A DNA stretch of 52,043 bases, filler included, from Streblomastix strix (GCA_008636045.1; 2 parts of 2 records of this genome joined end to end with filler, not necessarily neighbours in it), one strand, 5' to 3'; positions 1 to 15,900 are shown, counted from the whole stretch's first letter. Notes: a model not told the origin generated them from the sequence alone. Numbers and translations: made by a program.

Positions 1-588
1 ATATATTAATTGGAATCTCAGATAAAAAGTGAGGATCTTCGTCAACATTTTGAAACATTTGGACCTTTACGCCGAGCAGAAGTTATTATAAACGAAATTA
101 ATAAAAATTCGTTAAAAGAAGGCTTTGTTGAGTTTGATGGTGAGTAAGGAGCAGAAAATTTACTAGAAATTCTAAAGTCATAATAATAATAATAATCGTA
201 ATTGTCATAGAAATAATTGTAGCCATCATCAACATTGTAACTAAATCGTGAAACGAGTTGGATGAAAATGAAAATTAATCAATAATTTTCTATAGTTGAA
301 TTTCAAGGCCATGGAAATATATTAAAACCCAAAGTAATAGGAGTACGAATCAATGGCTTAAATAATAATATTTCGGTTGAACAATTAATGAACTATGACA
401 TTAGATTAATGAGAAATTCAAAAGTTAGAACAACAGAGCAATTTGGATAAACATGGTCAATTGAAATTGAATACAATAATGAAGACAATGCAAGGGATGC
501 AATTATATTTTTCCATTACTATAAAGGACCACTTGGAGATCTGTATGCTCATATCTTATAAGATAGTTAGTTTGTAGTGATTCAGTGA
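1..588 (+). CDS. RRM (RNA recognition motif) protein, 3' part, 5'-truncated by the window edge; probably two RRM-like domains separated by a Gln-rich linker
   Basis: Frame 1 with TAR=Gln reads IYQLESQIKSEDLRQHFETFGPLRRAEVIINEINKNSLKEGFVEFDGEQGAENLLE (RNP2-like start, RNP1-like KEGFVEF). It continues QQQQQ, then VRINGLNNNISVEQL...IEYNNEDNARDAI, ending at TGA 586-588. Confidence 0.8.
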
Positions 589-941
589 TGTTCTAAACTG
601 ATTCACTTCAAGCAAGGTCATCAAGGACTTCATTGATTAGCATAAAGCAGTGATCAATGCGAATTTCGTGGAACGGGAGTATGAGTGTTTATTTTGATTA
701 TATTAATCTGTAATAAACATAAAATTTGATTGCTATTATCATTATTTTTATCTTGGAGAATGATGTTGGACGGGATTTGAATCCTGTTCGCTTTAAAATT
801 ATTAATTTTTTATAATTTTATTATTATCATCAAATTTTCTCTTTATATAGAACCAGCCATTCTATATACATACCCGAATTTTCAATTATCTTTTATTTCA
901 ATATATTTTATTTATTAAAAAAATGATATAATACAATACAA

Positions 942-3900
942 TCAAACATTATTCATAGCGACAGACACACCCTATGATATTAGAAATTCAGGATGTTCGG
1001 CGGTGGGAAGCACAATATCAATTACATAATTATTTCTTTCACTTTCCTCCATTTTTGACTCTTTTTCATCAATTCTTATACCACAAACAGAAGAAGGGGC
1101 TATCTAGAAGAGAGGAAATGTGTGCATAAATGCTGGTTATGTGTTAGTGCTTGACTATGGTATTGTTGATCTTGAATCATTTGTATTGCTAACAAACTAT
1201 CTGGCTATACTCAATCTCCGAACTGATGATTTTAACATAGACTAAATTTTTGATTACAACCCAGATGTGCTGCCATACTCATTTTATTCATAGTTTATTC
1301 TAGATGATGGTAATTGAGAAGATAATTTTTATGAAATTTTTCTATTTCCGTTTTGCAATCTATCTATAAAAAGGAACGAATTTGATTTATTCTCTTATCC
1401 AACATCTTATAATTGTAAATTACTTGCTTAAACATTTTCGTATAGCATTAGTAATGGGAGAGGAAAGAATTACTACAGCGAAGTTTTATATTTCTTTGAA
1501 ATAAATTATCTATCAATAAAATTTTAATGTTAACTTTCTTCAATATCCTATAGTGGAGAAACAAATGGTTTATGCTGATTAAGCTAATATTAATTATCAT
1601 TTTATTTTATATTTTCTATCAAATTTGATGAGTTTAAAGAATCGTTATTCAATCCGATAACACAATCATTTTCATAATCCCAAATAGCACCTCTTAGCCA
1701 TAGACCTGAGAGTACAATGTTTAACCATCCAGATTTCTTGATTTATCGAGTTGTTTGGATATTTTCGTATTATGCTTTGTCATTCAATTCCCACTGATTC
1801 AGAGATGTGAGGGATATAGGAAGTGCATGAAGATATGATATTTACTAATTAGATTGATTATTACGGCGTGCAAGAGCAAGTTAAATAATACGGAAGAAGA
1901 GACGTGGACGTAAGAATGCTCGAAGATCGATAATAATTGGTGGAAATGATTGTTAGGATGGAGGAGTATTTTCAATATCCTTCTTCTCTTAATCTTTTAA
2001 ACGAGCTGAAGATTAATTCAAATTTTCTGTTGTTTATGAAATTGATGTCTAATCATATAATTTTTAAAATGCGGGAAATTAATTTGTTTTTATATTTTCA
2101 TTTTTCTTTTGGTTTGTTATATGTTGATTATACATAGGTGGCACTGCATGTGGATGATTTCCATATTTTGATTGCAAGTTCATTTACTATTATAAATGTT
2201 AAATATGTATTTTAGTCTAATTCTCCTGTTGTTCTTTCCATTATTAAACATCTTAAATTACTTTTTATATATTATCATGGTGTAATTAATGTATTTTCTT
2301 GCATTATTACAACCATTTCTCATAATAATAATCATTTAATTATTTAAATGAATTTATTCTAGTTTGGTGCATATATTGCAGGGCATTAAGAGTTTGAGCG
2401 AGAAGTTGAGCTCTTTAAATAAGCACACTCAACCAATTTTGAATTTAAGTAAATGTGCTTCCTCCAAGAGATGGAATAGGATATATTTGGTTTTATGATA
2501 CATTTTATTCCTTGTCTATCTAAAGGTTTCTAGTAAATTATAATATATGCCCATCATTCTGCGAATATGTAGCACAGCAAGGAGGAGATAAGAGAATCCA
2601 TTCATTTGGGACACGTCCAGCTGCAAGTTTTAGAATCGTTTAAGCAAGTTCAGTAGACATGTTGGATAATCCTTTCAAAGCAAATATGATAGAAGAACAT
2701 GTGAATCTTACCATTCGAAGGAGAAATATTAATAAAGATACTTCTTATCGTAAGAATAAAGGAAATGGATGAATTTCTAAAATGATATAGGGAAAATTAG
2801 GAGTTGGTGGCTATTAAGGAAGAGAAGGTGGAGCAATAAGATCAAATGATATTTATGGAAGAGGTGATTATTATTCTTATTACATTTAAATAAATTGTTG
2901 ATATAAAGTCATCTTTTAAGATTATTATGAGGCTGGTGCAGAGGAAATAAGTTTATCAAATGCCTACTAATTATTATCACGGGTTTATTCAATAATTTGC
3001 TATATTTATTTTAATGCTTACTCAGAAAGGGTGATTAATTCCTAATTATTGTTGAATTCCGATGAAGAACATTATAATTCATTTTAGATAGGAGCAGCAT
3101 TAAGCCATGTGAGATTAGGATTTGGGAAAAGCTTAGATTCATCCGGCAGTGAAGTAAGAAGGTTGAATAGTGCTCTTGTGATAACCAATCTTTATTATGA
3201 TAGAGGATTTGAAATGATATAGAATGGAATAAAACGTAGAGAAACAATATTTTATATTCTTTTAATTGAAAATTATGCTTGTTAGGAAGATATAATTACA
3301 GTTTACGAATGTTTAAGAGTATGTTATGAACTTTTCTTCCGAATTTAAAGTTAAGATACAACTTATTTTGCCAATTATTTAAGACTGATAAAACTAAATG
3401 TGGATGCTCTTGGTATTAAGACAGAAGGGGGTAAAGTTGGTTAAATTATCATTTCTTCTGATTTTTAACCTTTAAACCACCAATGTTCTGTATCATTTTA
3501 TTCATTAAATGGAATTTGTGTTTTGTGAGTAGAATTATTTTATAATTTTAATTTTGATTCTTACTTATTCGATAATTTTACTTTATTAAAAGATTACTAT
3601 GATTGATTATTATACCCTTGAATATTTTACAAATTATTTTTTAATTAATTATAAGATGATTATAGGAGAAGTTCCGTTTATAGTTTTTCTTCATAAATAT
3701 ATTTTTCTTTTTCAACTTATGCTTATTATTCCAAAATATGGTCTTCAATAACATCACTCAAAGCAGAAAGTGATCCAAGTAAGGCTGCTTCACTGCCTCC
3801 TTTTATTGACAATCCATTCAATGCCCACTATTAAGATTAAATTTACATTCCTTTTTCACGTTTATCTTTTAATATGATATCAGCACTTGTTATTGGGCAT

Positions 3901-6900
3901 AAAACTCCACTTTCATTTTCCAAAGCTCCAAAAAGAAGATCATGAATTGAAATAGTTGGTAACTTGGAGGCAATGAGCATATTATTTGAAGTAGTGTTAT
4001 CAAGTTTTGTAGAAGTTGTTTATATTGTTTGATTTAACTTTATGGAATGAATATTATTTTCAAGATATGAAGAATCAGGGCAATATATGATTAGAGCTGT
4101 GTGCGCAGGATAATATCCAAGGAATAAACCCGCAGTTTGTTCAATGATTTCTGCTGCTTATCTGGTCATTGCTTTTGAACTGTAGATTGGCGCAATGACA
4201 ACGTCATATATAAGTGAGAATGGAGGAGGTGCTGAGGGAATATTTAGAGTTTAAGCAGCTGCAGCTGTACGAATATTAAGAGCAACACTTGAAAGTAATA
4301 TTTCTATACTTTTATTATTTGCTTATGCTTCATTTACACTCGTAATTTCATTTACCTGCTTTGCACTTGATTATTAAATTCCCGATTTGGATGCTTCATT
4401 TATGTTCGAATGTTGTCTCATTTATATATTATCATTATTTTTTTTGATTCCAAATGAATTGAACCTGTCTTAACTTCTCTAAGGACTATCTTCAATAATA
4501 ATTTGTTTTCCTTTATTATTCAAACTACCCTCAGAAATTTTTCTCTGCCCAATATCTGCTTCCATAGAATCTGAATCATCTTCAGATTAATTATCATCAT
4601 CTTTATCTTCTTCATTTTACTCATCTTTATTATCTCCGTTTTCTTTTATTAGTTATACACCCATTCCAAAGCTCAAAGATTTCTTAAGCATTTCTTTTTA
4701 TTACTTTAATAATGCTCGTTCCCAAGCTTTTAGCAAACGTTTTAATAATCTGCATGAACTTTTCAAATCAGCATCGCAAATTGCCCATGCTCTAATCATA
4801 GCTGCGGCACTTGTATGAACTGAAGATAGTTATGCTGGATTATTTAAAATTTTATTTTGCAGTTGTTTTTATTCAATTCTTGAATCAACACCATTTTCAT
4901 TTTCAGAATTACAAAGCGTTTAATATGGCGGTAATTTAATCCATATTTGGTCAGAATTATCATCATTTCCGAAAAATGAGCGGTCTTATCTTCCCAATTT
5001 CCAAGTCCTTATATTCATCCATTCACGCCATAATAAAGTTGCATGCATCCAAGCCAAACCAAGACGCAATTATACAGAAAGTCCTTTCCAATAATTAGTA
5101 CTTCCAGCTGTTCCTTCCCATATTTTATACCCAATATTAATATCTGGAAGTTATTAAGAAATTTTATTTATTCCTATATTTCTAGGCATTTCTTTATTAT
5201 ATAACAAATTTCCTTTTCTAGCATTTGATTCAATTTATATTTATTATGTTTAAGTACTTTGAGTTGGATTTTATAAGAATAATTTTGAGTTTTATACACT
5301 CCTACAGAATGTAAATGCTGAAATAGTAGGTGTACCATATACTGCAACAGCTGATTCTTTTAGTAATTAGCTTTGAGATTATGCAATACGAATGAGTTTA
5401 ATATGCTCTATGGATTTCTAAATTGCTATTTTATTAGCTTCTTCTGGTGAATATTGAATAAATTTATTCTTCTATTCTATTTCATCTTGTACAATTTATT
5501 GTTTTTATTCATTAATAATATTATTATCAATGGGTTTTAATTATTCCATGATTTTGCTTATTTCCAGGAATTATGATTATATTTCTTCATCAAGCTTATA
5601 TCCAGATCCGATATTGAGAATAGATTAAGTAATTTAATCCATGTTTGGCGTTTCTAATTTTTTTTCGGGAAGTGACATGGTCCATAGTCTATCTTTTAAA
5701 ATTTCACTTGGTTACTGAACAAGATTTTTTATCTAAACATTGCTTGCAGACTCTCCAAATGTCCTTTCAAAAATATTCTTATTACTATCTATTTCTTCAA
5801 AATAATAATCTTCATCAACGTCAGACTCGTTGATTTATGCTAAATTTCCAGTTTCAATTTAAATATTATCTCCTTAACTATTTTTTGATTTCTTATTAAA
5901 ATCAAAATCTTTTTATTCTTATTAATTTTATTAATTAATATGTGCAGATCTTGGAATTTTTGGTTATTATTTAGAAATTTGAGATTAGTTTATATTTATT
6001 TCATATTCATTTGTATCTTCTTTTTCAATTATTCCACAATGGCCTACATAATGATGTGCGAAGCAGAATGGAAATGGAAGAACAGTATAAATTCCACCAT
6101 GCCTACAAAACCAATGCATCAACATATCTGCCATTTATTCTGTTGACCATTTTTATTCTAGAATTTTTTTCTTTTAATTTATTTATTAATTATCAACACC
6201 TCTCAATCCTTTTTTCAATTATATATCTACCATATCCAAATCGCGATTTTCCTAATAATTGTTTTCTAATCCTGAATTTGATATTAATTCATTGGCTGTT
6301 TCTTCTTCCGCAGCTTTATCTAATCCAGAAATTAATTTTGGTTTTTTTCTTTATTTCTTAGCAACCTTTATGTGTAAAGATTTTCCATCAATTACATCAT
6401 TTTTTATGTTTTCATTATCTGGTTTTGACTATTATTCAGAAAATTAATTATAAGTTTTATAAGTTTCAACATTGGTTGAAACTTAGTTTGAAGGAATATT
6501 TAAATTAATCTAATTAAAATCATGGGTTTGGTTATCAAGTAATTATATTTAACGTCTGACATTACGACCTTTTGCGATTCTTTTATATGTATAAGAGCTG
6601 CCGCTTTATCGCTACTTTTGTAGAAATAATTCTGGGTTTTATTAAGCCTAATCAATGTGAAATTGAATTCTGTGAAGAAAACGAGCAGGAAGTGCTTATA
6701 TTGCATGTTTTTCACGAAAACCACCCCATTGTAAATTATTTTCAACTTCATTTTTAACAAATGCTTTAAATGAATGAACGAAGAAGAATTCTGGGTATTT
6801 ATTCTCTAATTCTAACAATTCAGTGGTGTGAAAGACCTAAGATAGGCAATGGCGAAGAAGAATTGGAAACGAGACAGGAAATTATAAAACAATCTTTAAT

Positions 6901-9900
6901 GATCTTGCCAAGAGAGTACGAGGTAATTAAGTTACTAATCGAGGAGCTTCATCTTCGTTTGAAGCTTCAGATCCTTCAATAGGAAGTGCTGGGTTTCTAA
7001 TTCCTCCAGCCCCACTACTACTGCTTCCCCACACACTATATATACCAGAATTACCTCCAGAGCTCTAATTAATTGCTCCTTTACTGCTTGATCCCCATCC
7101 GCTTCCATTCGATAATCCAATATGATCTGATGGAGTTAAAGGTAAGAAATGAGGACGTGATTAGATTCCATTATTAAGTGAAGAATTAAAAGATTATGAT
7201 GAAATATTCCCCGAGTCGGAGCAAGTTATGATAATTCTGAAGTTTGGGTGGACAAAATTCTCAAGATCGGTATCAGCATCATCCCCTTCTTCATTGCTTT
7301 ATAAATCTCTATTTTGTTTATTTAACAAATTTCTTCCAATTCCAATAACTGGTATTTTAGGCTTTTAAACAGCTGCTATTCCTATGAGATAATCTGAAAG
7401 AGCATCTGCAAGTCCAGGTGATAATTCAGCATCAGTTATCAATACCCACACTGGTTCGACCTTTTTCTTCTCAAGATATTGCCTAATAACCCATCCTCTA
7501 TCTACTGCAGCAACAGCAGATGGTGGTGCTAGTGATTCAGATCCAATATAAGGCATAAGTGCAGCAATTGTAACAGGTGAAGTGGATTTTGATGATTATT
7601 ATATAAATGTATTTGTATGCGGGGTTCTTCGAGGGATTTCTGGAAATGGTGGTGCAAATTCAAGCCTAACATGAGCTTTAGCAGCAGCAGCGCTTATAGC
7701 TCTTAGTGGAGTAATGCCATCTGGTACAAATAGAACAAGTGCTGTAGATGCATTTACAAATTTCAGCTACAAATCTATAAGATTGGGTGTAAATGCAGAT
7801 GTAGAAGAACGAATAATAGAAGAAGGTTTTAGACATGGAGAAATTTTTTGTGATATTAAAGCAATTGAATCTTCTACAGCAAATGCTTTGGATTGGTTAA
7901 ACAATTCAAAGATAGACTTTCGAGAAGGGTTACAGAGAGAAATTAATAAATTTTCTGTTGTCATTATAAAATCTTTCTTATTAGTTTCTTGATGTTGTTT
8001 AAGATTTTAATTTGATTAGCTTTTTCTAAAATTATCTAAGGTTCCACTGATACTACTAAAATCTTTTTCCTATTGTAATAAATTGCTTTAAATTTAATTA
8101 TGTTAATCTATCTAAATAATATTATCAATATTAGAATTTTAACTTTGTAATAAATCTTTAGCTTGGTTTATTAATTAATGTTATTCTCTAAATACAGAAG
8201 TTTTTTCTAAAACTGGCCTTGCTTCATTAATTGTATTAGCAATTTTAATATAAGAAGTTATTAGAAATTTCTCCGCAGGATCTTCACCTTTAAGCGTATC
8301 AATCATTTCTTAACTTAATTATTCACAAACATATTAATCAGCAGCTATTTCAATACATCTATCAAAGTTACAACAAATAAACGCACATAATAATCTTACT
8401 CCAGAGGGTAACCATCTCTGTATAGATCTAGCAAGAATTCGTGGAAGTGGAGTTGATTTGCTTACTAATTCATCAGAATAATGGTCATAAGATACAAATG
8501 AATCGCTTGGCTAAATTTAAAATTAATTTTGACTTTATCTTTTGAGCTATTCTAAATTTTATTGTTAATCTGAAAGTTGTAATGTGGGTTAATTTTAAGA
8601 ATCTAAAGCATGTTGAATAAAACTGTTGGGTTATTCTGAACTGATTAATGAATCTAAAGATATTTATGTTTACTATAAAGGTTTCGACAAACTTATTTAA
8701 ATTGCAGTTTTACTTGAAATTGGGGTAATTATGCTATCTAAAGCATCAGAAGATGTTATGGAAGATTTTTTCAATTTTTAAATCGAATTTTTCATTGCAA
8801 TTAATATAATTTATTATTCCTTTTAATCAGCTATTTCTTTTTTAATTTTTGCGTCAAGTTAAATCCAAGCTTTCTCTATTTTTGATCGCTATCTGTTTCG
8901 AAGTAATATATAATCATCAATATTATCAATTTTCTATCGTAGAAATCCTGCTGTTTCAAATTCATTATTAGTAATTATCCCTTAATTTTATTTTTGTTAC
9001 AATATTTTAAGTTTTGTTTTTATGTAAGAACGTCTTGCACCTAAAAATATTCCAACAGGCAGCAAAGGTGGTAAAATAATTGAGTTTTAAAATTGTGAAA
9101 TTTCTGAAGATGGAGTAAGAGATGAAGAAGATGAATAGGGCATCGGAGCAAGTAATGACCATAATGCAGAATAAGTTTACTTTGAAAAATATGAAGAATT
9201 AACTTTATCCTATTCATCTTAGTCAATATTTTTATTAAAATTTTAAGAATCATTTAATTCAGAATCAATTCCTTTAATAATCATATCAGGCGATATTGGA
9301 GAAATTCCTTTAAATTTATCATTAATTGTTTCTAAATATGCAAACTAAGTTTTCTCCAATTCTCTCAATTCATTTGGTAATTTAATATTATCTGAAATAT
9401 CAATTTAATAATTTTACTTATCTTCAATATCGTTTATATTTGAATCATTTTTCAATATTAAGTCTATATTGAATTATGGATCAATATTTATATCGTTTTA
9501 TTAAGAATTATTCATCTCAGAATTTGAGAAAAATGAAATTCCATTTCTATATTTGAGTACCTGAGCATTTGTAACACCAGGTGGAAGATCGTATATTGTC
9601 TTCCCTAATAAATGAGTGAAATGGTCTACGAGCATCTAGGTATGTATAACTGTACTATTATTAATAGTATCCAATTTATTTTAGTATTTTTCAGTACCAA
9701 AATTTTTATCAGAACTTTAAGATTAAAATGACCCAGTATCATTTTGATCATCATTTTTATTTATAAAAAGAATTGAAGAAGCTGTTCTAAATTATTCCTT
9801 TCTTTCAACAGGTTCCATTTCATTCGCAGCACGATTTAGTAGCATTTTCTCCATCTTTTTTACTTCTAATTTCATTTCTGCCTCATCTGAAGATATAATT

Positions 9901-12900
9901 TTCTTCTAATCAAATGTAATTTATTTCCAATTAACACCTTCAGATTCTCTAAATTTATTATATACAATATTTTCTTATAGTGAATCAATTCTTCGTTCAA
10001 TATCATCTTATATTTATCCGCATTTAGAAAATTAAATCCAAGTTTCGGGATCATCCCATATTGAAGCAGGAAGTGATACAAGTGCTGGAACTTCATCACT
10101 TATTTCAAGAATTGCTTCCCATTATCTTTTCGTCCATACATCTTTGGCAATCGGAGGGGGTCCTTCACGAGCCTTTCTAGCTAATTGCAATAATTCCTAA
10201 GGAGTAATTCTTCGATAATCGCATTCAACATCTCCAAAATAGTTTTAATCATCTTCAGCATCATTTTCATCAACAACTTCAATTATTTCATAAAAAAGCG
10301 CATTATTTTCTTTCCAAAGTGATGAGTCATCAAGTTCACTCTCATATTCCATTGAATTCAATTCATTTTAAAGATTTTCAGCAATAATTTCACCAATCTC
10401 GAAGTTCTTTGTCAAATTTGTCTCACATGATTAAATTTATTACTCGGTATTATTTTAAAAATTTATTCCATTATTAATTACATGATAAGCTGTAGGAGGA
10501 ATTATAGTATTCAATCCAATTGTCTCACATCTTTCAATTTTTTTCCCAAGCAAAGATATTTATGCCCAAACATCTTTGGTTAGAGACCCTCTTTCTGAAT
10601 CTGAAGCCAATGCAAAAAGAAGAGTTAATGTTTAATGATGGTGCGGGTGCGTCATCATACATAACGATTTTGCAGCAGAAAGAGACACCAATGGAGCGAG
10701 TAAACAAGGAGAATAGATAATAGGTGATTGATAATCAAAATTTTGTGTGGGTTCGATGTTTGTTAAGTGTGTTTATTTAGTTACTGAAGTTAAATATGAA
10801 GAAGTTAATGATTTTAATGAATTAGAAGGAGTTAATATTTATTATTATTATATTTGAGCACTATCATCATCATTCAATTATTATTTGATAAAATTTGAAT
10901 AAGATTATTTGAATGAACCAGAAATATTTTAGTCAGCTAATTATTTAGAATTTTCTATATGAGGTTAATTCTAAATATCAGTGAAAATTAAATTATTTAT
11001 CTCTTATTAAAATAATCCTTCTCTTGTTGAAAACAATGTTTATTTTATTTATGAAATTTCTTTCATAACATCAATATATAATTAATCACTAATGTATTTT
11101 TACTCATCTGCATCTTGCATAATAATTTAGCCTAATACTGCACTTGTCATTTAATCTTTCTTTATTTCACTATTAAATTTGGGTAAATGGCTAGCAGCAA
11201 ACTACAACTGAGAAGCAGCTTCATTCTTTGCTTCAAGAATTTATTAAGTGAGTGAGCGCTATAAATTACCTTTATTAATCTTTTATACTTATTATCCCTA
11301 AAAACTCTGTTTCGGATTGTAATCAGATAACTCAATACTTTTATCTTTATGATATTCTTAAACAATTTCTTCAATTTAAGACACTTATTTGAAGAGTTCT
11401 AATGAAGCACATCTTATCCATTTATGTTCCATCTTTAGTACTTCTGCTAAATCTTAATTGACCCCACCAGAAATTTATGAAATAAAGGATTACGAAAGCG
11501 AAAGAGATGCAATTGGAATTGTCGCTGAACTTAAAGCAACTGCCGCTTAAACTATCCAAAATACCGCATCGTTTATAGTTAGTGAGTAAGTTGAATCTAA
11601 ACGTGGTAGTGCATGGGAGGTCACTAAGAAAATGCTCGCTGCGTGCTAAGCTGCAATACGTACAGGTTGAGCAACTCTATTTAATATTCTCTCAGCTTCA
11701 ATAACTTTTAGTAAGCGATGAGTTTGCTCACGAACGTCATTCTTTACAAAAGTTAATGCTGATAAAAATTGTTCATCGTTCAAAACCGCTGACGGTTATG
11801 ATGAAGAAAGGAAAGTCAAAATGCGGTTTTCTGCTTTATCCAATTACAATTTGAGAGATCCAATTATTTTTCTGCATGCTAATAATGCTGATAGAATACG
11901 AGGGCAAAGTAACTATAACATTTTCTGAGTAAGATATTCTGTCAGTCCTTCAATTGATAAAGACATATCAACAATTCTAGCTCTTTATGACTTATGAGGA
12001 TAAGCTAGAACAGAACATGCAGAGAGAGGATATGAACCTGAATCATCAGCTAGACCTGTTGGACCAGAATAAGCATTGTTAAACAACTATGATGTAAGAG
12101 GTGCAGCAGTATGTGATGTAACAAAAAGGCGTAATAGAGGAAGTTGTTATTATAATTCTTACTGCTGTTGAATTTAAATGTTTTATTTAGGTTGAACTGC
12201 AGCATATAGTGGCATTCCAAAACTAATATCATTATCAGACGGATATTATATATTTGAAGATTACAATTTATTTAAATTTAATGAAAATTGTGAATAAGAT
12301 TACTATTTTTGTACCTATTATGGTGGTTTTTTTGAGTTTTAATAAAAATAACATTCCTCTCCCAAAAACATATCTAATGGATTTAAGGGATTAGAAGGAG
12401 ATATTGTAGTAGAAAGTTCCAAATCAGATGGTCCTTATAAAAATGGTAGAAGAAGTGGATGAACAGGGTCCAATCCATCTAATACAACAACAGCAGTTCC
12501 TCCTTTCAAAGCTAAAAATGAGAAAATACGTTAAAACATTGGTGATTACTATGAAATTTAAAATGGAGATAAATTAGCACTTAAGCACATTCTCAACCAA
12601 TGTGTTGCATTGCCAACTGGATCAATAATAAAAGGATATGAAGGCGAATATGCAGCAATAAGAGCACTTTCTATTGAATGCCTGTCAGGCAAAAGTCCTT
12701 TACCAACCCAATCACTTTCAATTGATCCATTAATTGACAGTTGAGAAATAATGTTAAAGTCTTGAAGGTCATTATTAATCGATTTTCTAGGAGAATAATA
12801 TAGGCGAGTCTCAATATTTTATGATTATGATAATGTATTTCGTGCAGATTCAGAATCTGGTTAAGAATTCTAAGCAATTGCAGTTCTCACCATAATTTCA

Positions 12901-15900
12901 AGTTGAGCCAGAGTAGAACTTTCATATTCCTCTATTTCATCTGATTAAGAACATATTTCTTCCAATTCTTTTACCACAATGGCAAGAGTTGCAAGGCGTT
13001 AATCAGATTAAAAATCCGAATCAACCATCTAATCTATTATTTCACTTTCAAAAAGAGAGTCTTCTTTTGCATCGTCATCTTCTTCTAATTCATCAAGATC
13101 AATCACTTCCTCTAAATCATCACCGTCATTCTCTTGATTAGTAATATTTTTATTTTATTTTTGATCTTATTTTTAATCCAATAAACTTTCTCCTGGCAAA
13201 TTTTCACCTTCACTATATAAAACTGACTTTTATTAGGAAATTCGATCTGCATCCATTTTTTCATTTTCAATTCTATCTTACTCAAGCTTATGTATGTGTT
13301 GAACAAGTTTTTTCTATAAAAGAGCCCTTCGCTTCTTTTCTCTACGCTTTTTCCTGACTTTCTTTTCTTAATCTTTTTTTGATTTTGCTTTGCGCATTTA
13401 CATCCATCGATTAGCTCGAGATCCAACCACACCTTCTTCACTAGAAATCATATTTATCATTGAAATAGCTTCTTTCATTTCAGCCTAAGCTTAATCACGA
13501 GCATCTTACTCAGTATATACAGCACGCGGAGGTCTCGCTTTTAGTACTGTTTATATAATGGTATCAACAAGTGAATCACGCTCTGTCTGCTATAACTGAG
13601 CACCATAAACTATGACTGAAGCTGTGATTATTGATAAATATGGAATGATTCTTGTTTGGAGTTTTGCTTTTCTCAAAGATTCCAACCATTTTTTTCTTTC
13701 CTCTTCCAATGAAATCATAGCCAACGCAGCCTATTTTAATTTCTAACGAGTTTCCAATACATTGCTATTTGCATGTTTTGATCTTGCAAGATCTTATTCA
13801 TATTTTGTTTTGAGCTCACGAATGCGCATCTCGAGTTCTGTAAGTCTTGCACGTTTTAGTTCAACTTCTGCTTTTGCTTTATCCAATTTTTTTTGAGCTT
13901 CATCAGCAGCTTCCTGGAGGGGTTTGACAGTTTAAAGAGCATCAAAATATTTACAGATTGCTTTTGTCCAGGTGCACAAAGATGCAGCAGCAAGAGAAAC
14001 CTTTATTATTCGTTCTTCAGAATATTTATCCCCCTTCTCTTAAATATATTTTTTAAGCCATGTAATAGTATTTTCTGTAACTGTATCTTTGCACAGAAGT
14101 AGTTGTTGACGAAAATCTCTTTATCCTAAAAGAGCTTTTGCATTTGTCCATCCACCTTCAGATCCCATTACAGGACAAACAGCATCCATAACAATGACAA
14201 CGCCATCTGGAGGTCTAATGTATGATCTTATTTCTTCAATATCTTTCTATTCAAGACGCGATACAGCTAATTCAGCTTCACGTAATGGTGGAAGCGCTAT
14301 TTATAATTCTTTAGCTACAAGTACACCAAGCCGTTCTTAATCAGCAGCTTATTCTGCTATTCGAATCTCATCTTAAGCAACAGTAATTTTCTCCTCAGAA
14401 GCAGCTTTCTACTCTTTATCAATCTGTTTAATTAAAGCAGCAAGCATTTCTGCTTCCTTCTTTTATGTTGGAGCTGCAGAGTATAAATCTAATTGAAGTG
14501 AATTTACACTTTATTGCTAAATCTCTACCTTGGCTAATCCTTATGTCCATTACTATATCTGTCTACGAAGATTATTAAGCTTATAGCGAGTAATGTGTGC
14601 GTAGGTACGAATAGCAAGAGGGATACATGAAGGTGGATAATAGAGTGACGAAGGTGGAAATGGAGGTGGTTGAGCAGAAGAGATTGAATAACTTGATGCA
14701 GAATTAGAATTAATATGAACAGCTATTAATTTCTCTATAAAATGAAGCGCTGCAATGTGAATACACGCAAACACTGAGGGAATTGATTTTATTGATTCTT
14801 CGTTCTCTTTGTCTTTCATTGGATTTCCTCCATTGATTCCATCTGGCGCAGATATATTTATCTAAATTTACTAGTTTGTACCTTAAATATTACCTTTTCC
14901 ACCAAACCCTTACTATTATATTGTTCCAAGACCCTTTATATTTTAATTCTACTAATCTTATTTCTTTTTAAATTAATCAATTATATCACTTTAAGTTAAT
15001 TATTCATCATTTTTTTCAAAAGAAGATTTCCATTGGTTACTGTTAACAATGATATATTTTTAGGCGGGTTCAAATCCTGAGCACCATAAAGGTCCTCCTG
15101 CCATATCAAAAGATTTTTATGCAATCTAGAAAAAAATTTCTAAGGGAAGTTTCTCAAGAGATATTATTTGCGAATTTTAAATAAAAGTTGGTGCCACTGT
15201 AGAAATAAAAGAAAGAAGAGGATGAATAGGATATACTGTATGAGAAGTTAGATCTTTTGAAATATTTTAATTTTATGTAACGAATAAAGCTTGAGTAGCA
15301 ATCTATGAAGCTGATAATTCTATTGCTAATGATTATTGCTATTTTTATTATTATGTTGTATTATCATTTTCATTGTATTATAGTATTGGATTATTAAATT
15401 ATATAGATTGTTGAGCTGAAGTTGATGTTAAAGAAGCAGGAGGAATAAGTGGTTATGGAATGCACAAAACAATGTGAAGATTCCTTCTCACTCTCTCAGC
15501 AAAGAAATTCAAAGAATCTTCTTTTGTTATACGTATAGAGTTCAATGCTTATAGCATACTTTTTTCTTCATCTTCTTCGTCTTCATCATCATCACTATTT
15601 ACACCTTCACCAAGAGCTCCTTTTACTTCAATATCCTCTTCATCAACGAGATTATCCTTTTTTGATCCCTAAATTATATTCTTTCTCTTTACTCCACTTT
15701 CTCCTTTCCCTTTTTTTTCTCCCTAAATTTATCCAATTTTCAATTGTCCTTTATCCCTGCCATTTAAATCACCTTTATTAACTTATAAGTTATTATCTTC
15801 ATTTTCAGTCTAGTTATCTAATGGTGTGCCTCCACCAACTCCATCTTCTTCGTCTTTATCAGCAAGGTTATTCAGAGAATTATCAATCATTTCGGCTTCT

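Noticed and set aside
589..790. Possible extra exon or small gene after the RRM stop
   Set aside because: TGA occurs in all three plus frames and there is no recognisable product; more likely 3' UTR.
657..3528. Apparent plus-strand multi-exon gene or pseudogene with in-frame TGAs (possible TGA=Trp)
   Set aside because: It is the antisense shadow of the dynein C-terminal domain, which is open on the minus strand; there is no evidence for TGA recoding.
15064..15086. tRNA T-arm-like GGGTTCAAATCC...CACCA; a similar reverse motif lies near 765-785
   Set aside because: No acceptor, D or anticodon stems can be built, and the first lies inside dynein coding sequence.
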